Of a stretch of 64,000 nucleotides of DNA, positions 1-13,342 are shown piece after piece. The translations under genes were made by a program, and so were the position numbers. The stretch covers positions 40,300,001-40,364,000 of the forward strand of contig NC_090327.1 in assembly GCF_035084215.1 (NCBI RefSeq), written 5' to 3'. The notes under the pieces were generated by a model. It was not told the DNA's origin. It did no database searches and saw only the letters and a program-made list of their open reading frames with translations. Position 1 is the stretch's first letter, and the number at the start of each line of letters is the position of its first letter. The DNA comes from Heptranchias perlo (lineage: Eukaryota).

Positions 1-819
1 CTTTGTGTGTAGTCTAGTGCTACTGTATAACAAACCTAATAGTTGTTGTGCAATTGATACATATAAACAGAAATCGTCCAAATAATCTGCACCAAAATTC
101 CCATCCAATTAATGAAATATTTTGAGGAGGTTTCCAATACCAGTTCAAGCTTTTCATTCGGATACCCACTGAAGTCATACGAGCATACTGAAAATATTCA
201 AAACTGAATTTGAATGCTTCTAAGTGATAAAAAAAAAATTGAAGAGCGCGTAAAGTAACACTGCACCGTGCTACATTTTCCTTTTCTGTAGGCCTTTTTG
301 GATTTGCTCTTTATTTAGCCATCATCTTTAGTACAGCTTCATTGATGGTGACGGAGGGTGGGGGCGGAAATCGCTATGCTTTCGCAATTTTATTAAAAAT
401 TAAATATTTTCTGGCCGCTAAGTGGGCTGTGTGACTGAATTTCCTGCCCTAGGTGGACCTTTCCAAGTTAAGCAGTGGACAGCAGGGAGAGCAACATGTC
501 AGTTGTCTCTCTTTTGGGAACACTTCCCCATTGCTAGTGCTGCAAATAAAAGTATGCCAAAACAAAAAATCTAGCCTTGCAGTCCATTTCAAAACAAAAT
601 GACTCTCAACCCACCTACTGTAAAATGTACTGAATGCGGCTGTGTTTTGTACTGGCTGGTGTACTGTTACGCAAGCCCACTCATCGACGAGTAACAAAAA
701 TTAAAATGTGAATTTTCAACTGCTGCACCACCTTCCTCTGGGAAGTGGAGGGAAAAGAGAGCAGTGTCCTAAATTACTCAAAACAAGCTGCCAGTCACAG
801 CACAGGCGCAAATTTGGAT

Positions 820-1200
820 TTCCATTTTCACTTCTTCCCACCACCCGTCCCAATTTTCTTCCTTCTCCCGAAGAAGCCATCTCATGCCAGGTTTATAGTT
901 CCACAAATGCCACCCTAGGGTACCTTGCCTACGTGGCCATTCTTCATTCTTGAACCTCTATGGTGAGTCAATATGCTGTTCAACTGGGATTGAGAGTGGG
1001 AGTCGCAAAGCCATCAGAGCAGTGCTTGATGTATACGTGTGCATCTTCCGGCATGGGCCACTGAACAGCAATCAGAAGTTGGAACCATGGATTGCCCCTT
1101 TCTCTAGCCAAGAGGTACTGAGGCCAAAATGTAGCATCCCCACTCTTGCCAGAGCCAAGAATAGCTAATTCAGCACAGATCAGGGATTGAATTTCATAAG
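820..1200 (-). mobile_element. Old degenerate SINE, probably the same family as 14290-14880
   Basis: Reverse-complement motif ATGAAGAATGGCCAC resembles ATGAACAATTGCCAC in the 14.8 kb copy; non-coding and highly diverged. Confidence 0.4.
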
Positions 1201-4200
1201 TTTCAACTATTACTGTACTAGAAGACATTAATGTCACTATCTAACAAAATGTTCCAGTTCAAGTACACATGTGCTATTAAATCCCACCTTAACTTGCAGC
1301 ATGGAAGTTACAATGCACATAAAATGCATTCCTAGCCTCATCATGGCAAGTAGCAAATGTAATGCACAAAAAATGTGAGCACAACAAAACTGGCTTATTA
1401 AGACCGATCAGTTTTCACATCATCAGACCTTTGTTAGGGAACTTTTAAGTCCCAAACTATCACAATGGAATTTCAATTATCTGACAGAATTTTCACCGGA
1501 CAAAGCCTTGGATGAGAGACCACTTCACTGCACAGCCCAAGATCACTAATCTCTTCCTGTAGCGAGCTGAAAAAGATTCATTTAAATTGTTATTTGTATT
1601 GTATCTATCTTCATTACCAAAGCTAGGGCATAGTTGAGCCACAATTTAGACAGTTTTGATTATTGCCAATTTTCACTATTCACCATGGGAACCCCTCAAT
1701 TGTGGCAGATAATGGAGGCTCCAATGTAATTTGAATGCAGTTTTCTGGCAAAAGAGAAAAGGAAGCAGAAAAGAAAGTGAAAAACATTCTTGTTTGGGTG
1801 TGATGAGGTCTTTTTTTTAAGTCTCAATCTTTTCTTGGTTTGGAGATGATAAAGCATACACAGTTGCAATCAGTGTTGGGCCAGGAGATATAGTTTCCAC
1901 CATAATAGTTTGTGAAAAAGAACAGTGTGTGGAGAGATGAAGCCTTTAAGATTAAGATTGAATAAAAGCTTTTCAAGGAGGTACTGATTAGAATATCACC
2001 CTTGCCTCCCCTCCCAAAAGAAGAAAAAACAAACACAGAATTCAGAGATTTTTTTTTAAATCACTAATACGAAGAAAAAGTTTGGCATGCAAAATTTTGG
2101 AACATTCGCATCAAAAACACAAAAATCCCAAGTCAATTTGCAGGCAGGGAAGAGATGAGGTAAGATTCAATAGCAGTTAGGTACTGTGGCATTAAATTCA
2201 ATCCCTAATGCAAACAGTATAAAACATGCAGTTAAACTCTGATTCATTCCTATTTCTAGGGATTATCAATTGAGGCACATTATTTACTTGAAAGTCTTCC
2301 TAGCAGTCTGAGAGAAACAAAACTGGTTGCCTGCAGTTACTGAAGTGGCAGTGACCAAATAGGCCACATAATAAATATCCTTACAATGTACACAGATACC
2401 AACATTAAAAAGGGATGGGGAACACTCAAATACTGTAATATATGTTTACTTCTCCAAACCATTTTGAATAATACCATTGCTCCCGAGATCAAAGATCCAA
2501 GGGTCACACTGGTCAGTTTTCCAAATGCAAAGCCTGAATTCATGTACATCAGTAGTATTGTACTACAGGCTAGATTTTTCATCCATTCATAGTTGATCTA
2601 GTATCTAGTATTTTAGAACTGGCTACGCCTGGATTGTTTTTATACAGTTTTATCAAGAGAGGAAGCAATCAGGAAATCTTTGTTCCTTAATTGCCTCTAC
2701 ACATTTGGCACTGAAACTCAGATATGAGGTCACATAAGCCAGTGCTCTTCAATGCATGTGGCTGTGCTAATATCGTAAACCCAGATCAGAAACAAAAAAT
2801 AGTTTCTATAAAAAGCAGCAGATATGGACAAAGAAAAAAAATATCACCTGTAATTCCTAAAAATGTTCTGTATTAAAAAACATCCTGAACAACTAAATTT
2901 GTAAAAGATTAAACTTCCATCTAAATCAGGAGCATAGTAAATAAACAAACTAGTCCAGCGCATTACATTCGTTGAACACTTAAAAAAAAATTGTCCTGAA
3001 CAGCAACATGAAGTTTTTTTTTAAAAAAAAATACGCCCCTCCCTGATCACAGATCCCCCCTGGGAAGTAGAGTAGCAAATTCAATTTTCCAAATGGCATG
3101 CCATCACTTAATTAAGGAGTATGTGTCAGTCTGATCAGTGAGAAGTAGGAACTCTTTTGTGCTAAATCCAAGAAGAATAATGTCCTGAAAAAAATCAATG
3201 GCAGACCAAATCCAGAACCAAACAGGGAAAAAAAGGGAGACTTGGAAGCTGGATTCACAAGGAACAACAAAATTAGTACCCAATTTAAACAAAGTTTAAC
3301 CACACTGCAGAAAGCACCAAGCATTTATAATTTTATTATTGATTACTCGTGAAACTGCACACACGAAATTCGGCCCTGTATTATGTTGAAACGTTGCACC
3401 GCTGTTTTCCTAAAAAAGTGTGAGATCATAACTGCTTAAAGCTATTAAAAGGGCACAAAAGATGAAAAATTAACAAGAGCAGAACTATTATTACTGAATG
3501 TGTTACTGTTTTTGTACGATGTTATACAATCTCAGAAATCAACCCAGACAAAACTAACACCAACTACTCAAGTTACCGATGAACATTTCATAACTGCTTT
3601 TGCTGATGTGGATATGCTGTAATCAGCTACATTTGTCCCAATAATACCAGAACATACTATTGCAAACCATAAAATAATCTTTAGATACAGCTTTAATTAA
3701 AAATGAGGGAACAGCAATAAAAATAAGTATTTAAAATGTTCTGATTAGCAGCACCACTCACGAATTACAATAAATAACTATCATTGCCCCTGGTGGGAAC
3801 ACACACTAAACCCAAAGAGGAATACAAAAGCTGAATCAAAAAGGATCAAGAAACTCCCCTTTTACTGCTAGTGCATGCACAAGAAAGTCCAAAATCGCAT
3901 ATGCAGACAATATTTAAAACACTTTTTTTTGTTACTGGCAACTGTTAGAACTCATACGCAAAAAGGCTAGCAATTCACATGTGCGCACAATGGTGAAAAT
4001 TAAAACGGTTATATTGAGGGAACATGCACATGCACAGAAAGGCTGGAAATCTGCACATACGCACAAAGGAGCTGCCAGAAATTATTTTTTTTTTAAAATC
4101 CCTAATACAAAGAAAAAGTTTGGCATGCAAAATTTTATTTTCTCCATCAAGCACAGCAAGTTGGGTGCAAGAACATGGATAGAATTAATTTCATATGGAA

Positions 4201-4835
4201 TACTGGCAACAGACCAACAGCAAATTATTTATTTTTCATATCAAAATTCCCAAAAAGCACAAAAAATTACATTAGCATACTCTAAATTTATCTCGAATAG
4301 TTCCTCAGGAGTGCAGGATGTTGACGGGGGCAATGCATCCAAAGGCTCCCCACGTGCACATTTGCACCGTTTCTCAGCTTCCACTTGGGTCATATTATCA
4401 CCAGTCTCTGCCGCCCCAGCTCTTGCTCAATTAAGGGTACACCAATGTTTTTGCTCGAGGTCAGTGCCTGGAAGGAGTTGTTCTGAAGGAAGCAAGTTCT
4501 CCAAGATCATTGGCATTTTCTGCCATTTTATTACTCTGCAGCCTTCCACATTTTGGGGTATGGCATTTTCAGAGGCAAAGCTCTTTCTAGACTTCAGCTT
4601 TTTGGATGGTGGAATGTGTCCATGCAGTGGGTATCTAGGATCATACACCTGTTTTTGTCTCTGTTTTCTATTGAAGGTATCCCACCTCACTGATGAGTGG
4701 TGCAATCCCCACGAGGCAGTATGGCGAGTGTGGGAGCCGCTTTCAAAGCCCTGTGATGATCCCATAGGATTGATTGAGTTCAATATCAATTTAGTGTACA
4801 TGGCTTCAGCGTTACCACACTGGGACACAGAACTA

Positions 4836-6275
4836 AGAACATAAGAAATAGGAACAGGGGTAGGCCATATGGCTTCTTGAGCCTGCTCTGCCATTCAGTA
4901 AGATCATGGCTGATCTTCAACCTCAACTCCACTTTCCCGCCCGATCCCCATATCCCTTGATTCCCCTCGAGTCCAAAAATCTATCTGTCTCAGCCTTGAA
5001 TGTACTCAATGACTCAGCATCCACAGCTCGATGGAGTAGAGAATTCCAAAGATTCACAACCCTCAGTGAAGAAATTCCTCATCTCAGTCCTAAATGGCCA
5101 ACCCCCTATCCTGAGACTGTGCCCCTAGTTCGAGACTCTCCAGCCAGGGGAAACAGCCTCTCAGCATCTATCCTGTCAAGCCCCCTCAGAATCTAATATG
5201 TTTCAATGAAATCACCTCTCATTCTTCTAAACTCCAGAGAGTATAGGCCCATTCTACTCAACCTCTCTTCATAGGACAACCCTCTCATCCCAGGAATCAG
5301 TCTAGTGAACCTTCATTGCAACCCCCCTCTAGGGCAAGTATATCCTTCCTGTAAGCAGTACTCTAGGTGAGGTCTCACCAAAACCCTGTACAATTGTAGT
5401 AAGACGTCCTTACTCTTGTACTCCAACCCTCTTGCAATAAAGGCCAACATGCCATTTGCCTTCCTAATTGCTTGCTATACCCACATGCTAAGTTTGAGTT
5501 TTGTGTACAAGCACACCCAAACCTCTCTGAATACCAACATTTAATAGTTTCTCACCATTTAAAAAATATTCTGTTTTTCTATTCTTCCTAGCAAAGTGAA
5601 TAACCTCACATTACACTCCATCTGCCACCTTCTTGCCCACTCACTTAACCTGTCTATATCCTTTTGCACACTCTTTGCGTCCTCCTCACAGCTTACTTTC
5701 CCACCTAGCTTTGTATCATCAGCAAACTTGGACACATTACACTCGGTCCCTTCATCTAAGTCATTAATATAGATTGTGAATAACTGAGGCCTAAGCACTG
5801 ATCCTTGCGGCACCCCATTAGTTACAGCCTGCCAACCTGAAAATAACCCGTTTATCCCTACTCTCTGTTTTCTGTCCGTTAACCAATCCTCTATCCATGC
5901 TAATATATTAACCCCAACCTCATGAGCCCTTATTTTGTGTAACAACCTTTTATGTGGCATTTAATCGAATGCCTTTTGAAAATCCAAATATACTACATCC
6001 ACTGGTTCCCCTTTATCTACCCTGCTAGTTACATCCTCAAAAAAATAATACATTTGTCAAACACGATTTCCCTTTCATAAAACCATATTGACTCTGCCTA
6101 ATCATATGATTTTCTAAGTGCCCTGTTACCACTTCCTTAATAATGGATTCCAGCATTTTCCCAACAACTGATGTCAGGCTAACTGGTCTGTACTTTCCTG
6201 TTTTCTCTCTCCCTCCTTTCTTGAATAGTGGGGTTACATTTGCTACCTTCCAATCTGCTGGGACCATTCTAGAAT
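4836..6275 (-). mobile_element. CR1 LINE, 5'-truncated (RT to 3' tail)
   Basis: ORFs VPADWKVANVTPLFKKGG..YRPVSLTS and GVPQGSVL..SKFADDTK; TTCTTATGTTCT-type tail at 4836. Confidence 0.93.
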
Positions 6276-6501
6276 CTTGGAAATTCTACCAATGAGTTAA
6301 AACAGGACAAGACTAGTTGCTCGGAATGTTGGGGTCAGCTCCCCATTTTGTGTTGGCCAGTTGCTGGAGTACACAGTTCCTGGAGTTGATTTTCTTTTTC
6401 AGTTTCTTGACGTGCTCTTTAAATATCAACGTGGGTCTAATATGACCGCAAGGTACACCGGATACTCAATGCTTGAGGATTGTGGCATCCCAACGTTATC
6501 T

Positions 6502-7592
6502 GGATTGAAAATTGGTTAACAGACAAGAAACAGAGAGTAGGAATTAACGGGTCTTTTGAGGTAGCAGGCGGTGACTAGTGGGGTACTGCAGGGATCACTG
6601 CTTGGGCCCCAGCTATTCACAATATATATCAATGATTTGGATGAGAGAACCAAATGTAATATTTCCAAGTTTGCTGACGACACAAAACTAGGTGGGATTG
6701 AGAGTTGTGGGGAGGGTGCAAAGAGGCTCCAAGGCGATTTAGACAAGTTGAGTGAGTGGGCAAATACGGGGCAGATGCAGTATAACGTGGATAAATGTGA
6801 AGTTATCCACTTCGGAAGGAAAAACAGAAAGGTAGAGTATCATTTAAATGGTGATAGATTTGGAAATGTTGATGGACAAAAGGGACCTGGGTGTCCTTGT
6901 ACACCAGTCATTGAAAGCAAACATGCAGCTGCAGCAAGCAGTTAGGAAGGCAAATGATATGTTGGTCTTCATTGCAAGAGGATTTGAGTACAGGAGCAAG
7001 GATATCTTACTGCAGTTATACAGGGCCTTGGTAAGACCACACCTGGAGTATTGTGTACAGTTTTGGTCTCCTTACCTAAGAAAGGATATACTTGCAATAG
7101 AGGCAGTGCAGCAAAGGTTCACCAGACTGATTCCTGGGATGGCAGGACTGTCGTACGAGAAGAGATTGGGTCGACTAGGCCTGTATTCACTCGAGTTTAG
7201 GAGAATGAGAGGGGATCTCATTGAAACGTATAAAATTCTGACAGGGCGAGACAGACTGGATGCAGGGAGGATGTTTCCCCTGGCTGGAGGGTCTAGAACG
7301 AGGGGTCACAGTCTCAGGATACGGGGTAGGACATTTAGGACTGAGATGAGGAGAAATTTCTTCACTCAGAGGATGGTGAACCTGTAGAATTCTCTACCAC
7401 GGAAGGCTGCGAAGGCCAAGTCGCTGAATATATTTAAGAGATAGATAGATTTCTAGACACTAAAGGTATCAAGGGGTATGGGGAGAGAAAGGGAATATGG
7501 TATTGAGATAGAGGATCAGCCATGATCATACTGAATGGCGAAGCAGGCTCGAAGGGCCTACCCCTGCTCCTATTTTCTGTTTCTAAGTTTTC
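6502..7592 (+). mobile_element. CR1 LINE, 5'-truncated
   Basis: [32 protein letters not shown]; 3' UTR hairpin and TTCT tail. Confidence 0.93.
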
Positions 7593-9734
7593 TTGGCCTA
7601 ATGGTGTTTCAAGTGGAAGGCGCACATTTGTGTCTCGCAAGGGTCAGCATTCGGGGAAGCATATCTGATCGTATTCTCCAGACAATGGTTAATGTATTTG
7701 CATTACATTTTTGTGTGCCAACCTGATACAATTGTTAACCCCTACATTAAAAATACTGCAGAGAAAATTAAAACTGTCAGTAAAAGATGAGCCTTCCCAG
7801 TAATCCATCACAGACTCAACTTCTGCACGGACATACTGGCTGGGGTTTCCACTTGTGCCAACCGCTGATTTGCCCCATTTATTTTAATGGGCAGGAAAAT
7901 CGGGGCTGGCGAGTGCACAGCGGAAACCACGGCCAGAAAGAATCAGTCATACTGCCACTGGGACACCAGAATGGAGTGTCTTCTTTCCATTCAAGTTACT
8001 ATAACAGAAATAGTGTTGTGTACTCCTAGGCTGCTTGAAAAGAGCTTCCCCCTCACCCCCACAAAAGACATTAAAACAAACAAGCTGAAATATGGCACGA
8101 GGAAGGGATAAGTGGCCAGCAAAAAAATGCATACTTTGTTGAGAACCAGGGGATTTCATTGTTATCACTACAAATTCTTAGTTGTTTTTACAATTTTTAA
8201 AAAAACTCAATCTGAACTATACACAGTACATCTAGCTTACACACATTATATATAAATACAGACCAGAATATTCCTACATAGAATTGGAAAGACACCTCGA
8301 TCAAAAAAAAATCTCCAAATTATGTATGCAGCAGACCTAGCAAAACTCTGCAAGGAGAGCCAAAAAAATATGGAATGTTATAACAGCAAACATTCAACAT
8401 CTGAGCACACTGTGCTATTGATGTCTTATACGCTTCATTTAATTTGAAGCAATGCCTCATTTAGATCTCGTTCATATATTCAGTTCGTAGAAGATTATGA
8501 AAAATGGTCCTTCACTCAGCAAGAAAGTGTGCTATTTATATAGTTCTTTGATAATCATAAGTGTTAATGTTTGGGCTTACCAGAACCTCAACATTTAAAA
8601 ATATTACAAAAAAAGGGGAAAAGAAAGCAGCACTACATCTGATGCCACTTTGCATTGTTGCAGAAATCTGGGTTTGTCTAATGCCAGAGGGACTATTTAA
8701 CCTAGTGTCTGCCTGAAGGCTTGTTAAATCACAGATTGTAAAATAGTCCCAAATATTTCACTAGATTTGTGCCAGGGAGTCATAGTGGTTTTGAGAATCT
8801 ACTACTGTGGCACTGTTAATGCACAAGGTTTTTTTTTTAAAAATTAGGTTTTCAATACAATTTGGAGTAGTTGAGTCCATGATGTATAATTGGAAAGATT
8901 ACTCTTTTATATACATGTTTCACAACTGTTAAAGAAACACACAGCTAGTTAGTCACTCTCCTTAGAGAAAAAAAAAAGGAGTAACCTTCATCTAAAGAAA
9001 CTAGTTATGAATATAATGTACAGCTCTGGATTTTTGTTTCCCCTATAGAATTCAATGTCAATTCCAGTGACATGTAAAACAGCAAGTAGAAGTATTAAAG
9101 GATAATGAGCTAAAAGGTTCTTGTATCAATTGAGTGAGTCTCTTCAGCAGTACTATCCTACTTAACAGAGTACACGTCGTAAAGTTAAAAACCCATTTTG
9201 TACATGTCTCACCAGATCTCAACACATGCATACTTCAATTTATCATGGTCAGTTCTTAACATCCTGACACCCCTCCCTTTTCCCATCTGGACTCTTATTT
9301 TTGTTGCCACTTTAAGACATGATGCTGGAAAAACTTCCCACAATGTTCTACAATTTTTCCATCCAGCCAGAGTGTCTGGAAGTGTTCCACTCAATTACAC
9401 TAAAACAAATAGCACATGTTATCACAAGTGGCGTTGAAAGTTCCCAGACTAAATGTCTTTTTCATAGTGCAATGCTTCAAAAGGGGACATTTTAGGAGTC
9501 ACTACTTAAGAATCTGGAAAACCACCCAAAGAGATCAAATTATATTTGAGAATGTCTGCTAGAAAAAAAAACTTAGTGTCATTTTTTGGGTTGCTTTCAA
9601 GTAATGTGATTTAAAAACTGGTGCCTTCTGCTTGACTGGTCTGCCTGCAGGTATCTCCTGATCATAGTCAGGGAAGGAGGGGGAGGTTTGAAGCCAACAC
9701 AATGACATTCTCATACAATTGCCCAAGAGTAGCT

Positions 9735-10048
9735 ATGTTTCCACTTGTGGGGGAGCTCAAAACTAGAGGTCATAAGTATAAAATAATTACTAATAAGTCC
9801 AATAGGGAATTCAGGAGAAACTTCTTTACCAAAAAGTGGCGAGAATCTGGAACTCGCTACCATAAGGAGTAGTTGAGGCAAATAGCATAGATGCATTTAA
9901 AGGGAAACTAGATAAGCACACGAGAGAGAAAGGAATAGGAAGGTATGCTGAGATGAAGTAGGGAGGGACGAGGCTCGTGTGGAGCATAAACACCGGCATA
10001 CACCAGTTGGGCTGAATGGCCTGATTCTGTGCTGTAGAGTCGATGTAA
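9735..10048 (+). mobile_element. CR1 3' fragment
   Basis: ORF2 C-terminal remnant plus 3' UTR ending GTGCTGTAGAGTCGATGTAA, same subfamily as 18200, 43975 and 49095. Confidence 0.85.
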
Positions 10049-10169
10049 GGAGATTTTTCTTCATCAGATTGAGCTGGATTCCAAACAAAAGCCTCAGATG
10101 TGTAGGGACAATATACTACCAGTTCTCTTAACTTGGCAATCCAAGTAAACAGATGCTTTAAAAAAAACA

Positions 10170-10290
10170 AAATGCTACAATTCTGGAAGTCTGAAACAAA
10201 AAAAGAAACTGCTGGTTGATCAGCAATGGTGGAGAGATTGCTCCACAGATGCTGAATGACCTCGTGTCTCTCCAGCTTTTTATGTTTTTG
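10170..10290. mobile_element. Degraded, internally deleted Penelope-type inverted terminal repeat
   Basis: Arms CTGGAAGTCTGAAACAAAAAAAGAAACTGCTGG..GGAGAGA and CTCCACAGATGCTG..TCCAGCTTTTTATGTTTTT are imperfect inverted copies; family assignment is from recall. Confidence 0.45.
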
Positions 10291-11957
10291 AACAGATGCA
10301 TTTGTAGATTTAAATTCATATAATTCTCCATTCTAATTCTGAATGCAACTTATTAGTAGTCAAAACAGGTTTCCAAAAACTGCCGTAGCGTTTGAATGGA
10401 TCATGTACAAGCACCAAAATGGTAGTCTTGCTTTAAAAAGCTAAATCCATCCTCTCAAGTTATAAAATATCCACACTGAAAACACTATCCAGACCAAGGC
10501 CCAGGGCAAATTAGTCCATTGGTTCAACAACTGCTCTCTCTCAACTTCAGCATAAAGTAACTGAGTTCTCATCCCTTGAAGGTTTGTTCTGAAGAAGTCA
10601 CTGATCATCTCTTTTTTTTTAGGAGGAGCAAAGATAGCCACATTGTAATCTAAACTTAAAGTGACAGCATGAAAAACAGACACCCAGCTTCAGGCAACAG
10701 CAACAGGTGAGGATGGGTGGGAGGGAGGGAAGAAGGGGAAAAAAAAGGAGACGGTCTCGCATTACAGAATTAGTCTTCTGTGTAAAACATTTCACGTTAT
10801 TGCCTCGAGCTTAAAACATTCCACAAAAAGGGATTCTCTTACTTAAAAGGATATTTAACAAAAACCCCTTGTAGTATCTGACAATGGAATAATTTCATTC
10901 AAAAAGAGAGAAACAGAGAACAAAATTACCAACGAAACCCACTTATCTTTGCATTTGCTGAATGTTCAAAGCACTGGGCCCAAAAATCTTTTACTGCCAG
11001 CTTTCCAATCACATTTCTAGCTGGTTAGCATACATATGCATGTTTTATATTTATCACCCACAGTAGTAATTTAGTTCACTAAAAATACAGCCTATGATCC
11101 ACTTTGGATTAGATACTGTTTTCTTTATACATTCAATTTGATAGTCTTGTAATCAAAACAGGCAACATTTTTGGTCCATTTTAAGTTAAGCAAAAGAGTT
11201 TGCCTCCATTACAAATGGCATCAATTTGTCTTCAAAGAAAGGTTTACTGCAAATGCTGAGTCTAAGCTCTTTTAGATCTGACACACGGTGATCAATCAAC
11301 AAACCTTAAAAGAATGTGCTTGCAGGAAGCCATTTGCATTCCCATGCTACATTTTACTGCTGTTCTTAGGTGTCTTATTAGTATCCTTTGAAAAGCTTGT
11401 TCCTTTACAGATTCCGACACACAGCAGGTTTATTTTTAAATAATCTAATGGCTGGTCATTAAGCAGCACATTTTTAAGCATTCCACACAGAAATATATCA
11501 AGCAACCAGTAATGACAGTTTAATCCACAAGGAAACTCGATGCAAAGCCAAAGGGGCTTTACTTTTAAATCCACCTTAGCATTACAATAAGTTGCTTTTT
11601 AAAACCATAAAGCCACTTACGGTTCAAATTAGCCAGAGTTTGGTGGCGGTGGGGGGCGCGGGGGGTGCAGGAGGGACGATGTCGTGGATAAAATCTCTTT
11701 AGGATTACACTATAGGGGAAAAGACTGGGACAGTTATTTACCAACACTTACTTACTAATCTACTGTTGGCAACATAGCTACTTTATTGAAGCACTGTGTA
11801 ACTAGGATGTTAATAACCCAAAAGATTTGTGGGGGTTCCGCGGGTCTCGTATTGTAATACTGCCTTTTAGGGAATTTCCAACATGCCTCGTAAGGGGCAG
11901 AACCTTCACCCAGCCCTTACAGGGCAAATGTCATGGGGCGGAGGTAGGGAGGGGAAG

Positions 11958-12735
11958 TTTTTTTTTTATTCGTTCATGGGATATGGGCGTCGCTGGCAAG
12001 ACCAGCATATATTGCCCATCCCTAACTGCCCTCGAGAAGGTGGTGGTGAGCCGCCTTCTTGAACCGCTGCAGCCATGGGGGTGAAGGTTCTCCCACAGTG
12101 CTGTTAGGAAGGGAGTTCCAGGATTTTGACCCAGCGACGATGAAGGAACGGCGATATATTTCCAAGTCGGGATGGTGTGCGACTTGGAGGGGAACGTGCA
12201 GGTGGTGTTGTTCCCATATGCCTGCTGCCCTTGTCCTCCTAGGTGGTAGAGGTCGCGGGTTTGGGAGGTGCTGTCGAAGAAGCCTTGGTGAGTTGCTGCA
12301 GTGCATCCAGATGGTACACACTGCAGCCACTGTGCGCCGGTGGTGGAAGGAGTGAATGTTTAGGGTGGTGGATGGGGTGCCAATCAAGCGGGCTGCTTTG
12401 TCCTGGATGGTGTCGAGCTTCATTAGTTTTGTTGGAGTTGCACTCATCCAGGCAAGTGGAGAGTATTCCATCACACTCCTGACCTGTGCGTTGTAGATGG
12501 TGGAAAGGCTTTGGGGAGTCAGGAGGTGAGTCACTCGCCGCAGAATACCCAGACTCTGACCTGCTCTTGTAGCCACAGTATGTGTGTGGCTGGTCCAGTT
12601 AAGTTTCTGGTCAATAGTGACCCACAGGATGTTGATGTTGGGGGATTCGCAATGGTAATGCCGTTGAATATCAAGGGGAGGTGGTTAGATTCTCTCTTGT
12701 TGGAGATGGTCATTGCCTGGCACTTGTTTGGCACG
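11958..12735 (-). mobile_element. HER1-like CR1-clade LINE 3' fragment
   Basis: ORF ATRAGQSLGILRRV..QVRSVMEYSPLAW; tail GGGATGGGCAATA..CCCATGAACGAATAAAAA on the minus strand. Confidence 0.9.
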
Positions 12736-12963
12736 AAACTAGGGGATGCCAGGAGTCCCCACTTCCCCAGCTCTTTTGGGACCTGGAGTATCTCTGGAGG
12801 CCAGAATGCTGAGTGAGTTGAAGCACGCTGATCTCCAGGTGGACGGAAGTGGGCCCCACTGATGGGGGAAGAGACCAGGGAAGTAGTCTGGCCTCCAACC
12901 ACCCCCCACCACCACCACCAAGATGGCATTTTTACACGCGAGGCTGAAGGGGACATGGCAAGG

Positions 12964-13342
12964 ACAGTGGCTGCAGTGTGTACCATCCACAGGATACACT
13001 GCAGCAACTTGCCGAGGCTTCTTCGACAGCACCTCCCAAACATACGACCTCTACCACCTAGAAGGACAAGAGCAGCAGGCACATGGGAACAACAACACCT
13101 GCACGTTCCCCTCCAAGTCACACACCATCCCGACTTGGAAATATATCGCCGTTCCTTCATAGTCGCTGGGTCAAAATCCTGGAACTCCCTTCCTAACAGC
13201 ACTGTGGGAGAACAGTCACCACATGGACTGCAGTGGTTCAAGAAGGCGGCTCACCACCAACTTCTCAAGGGCAATTAGGGATGGGCAATAAATGCCGGCC
13301 TCGCCAGCGACGCCCACATCCCATGAACGAATAAAAAAAAAA
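12964..13342 (+). mobile_element. HER1-like LINE 3' fragment
   Basis: Same 3' end as 11958-12735; possible TSD GGCAAGG/GGTAAGG (1 mismatch). Confidence 0.9.

Larger units (their letters stand above)
4290..7725 (-). mobile_element. RTEX/RTE-clade LINE ORF2 3' part, split into three pieces (4290-4835, 6280-6500, 7595-7725) by two CR1 insertions
   Basis: Minus-strand translations are collinear: PCETQMCAFHLKH (7.6 kb), YPVYLAVILD..FKEHVKKLKKKINSRNCVLQQLANTKWGADP..RATSLVLF (6.3-6.5 kb), PLHGHIPPSKKLKSRKSF..LPGTDLEQKHWCTLN (4.4-4.6 kb); these resemble RTEX C-terminal motifs. Confidence 0.75.

Noticed and set aside
4690-4716. CTGATGA-GTGG..CCAC hammerhead-like motif
   Set aside because: Followed by GAGG rather than GAAA and lies in RTEX coding sequence (antisense of VGIAPLI); probably chance
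3981-4844. 287-aa plus-strand ORF
   Set aside because: Antisense to the RTEX relic plus AT-rich flank; no recognisable domain
11621-11709. Minus-strand segment with acceptor TTTTCCCCTATAG and donor GTAAGT as possible exon 2
   Set aside because: 89 nt with an in-frame TAA in the phase-0 frame set by exon 1, and a weak exonic donor context; at most a cryptic exon
11958-13342. Single twin-primed or inverted LINE insertion
   Set aside because: Both arms have full 3' tails, unrelated DNA separates them, and the plus copy seems to have its own TSD; better explained as two insertions
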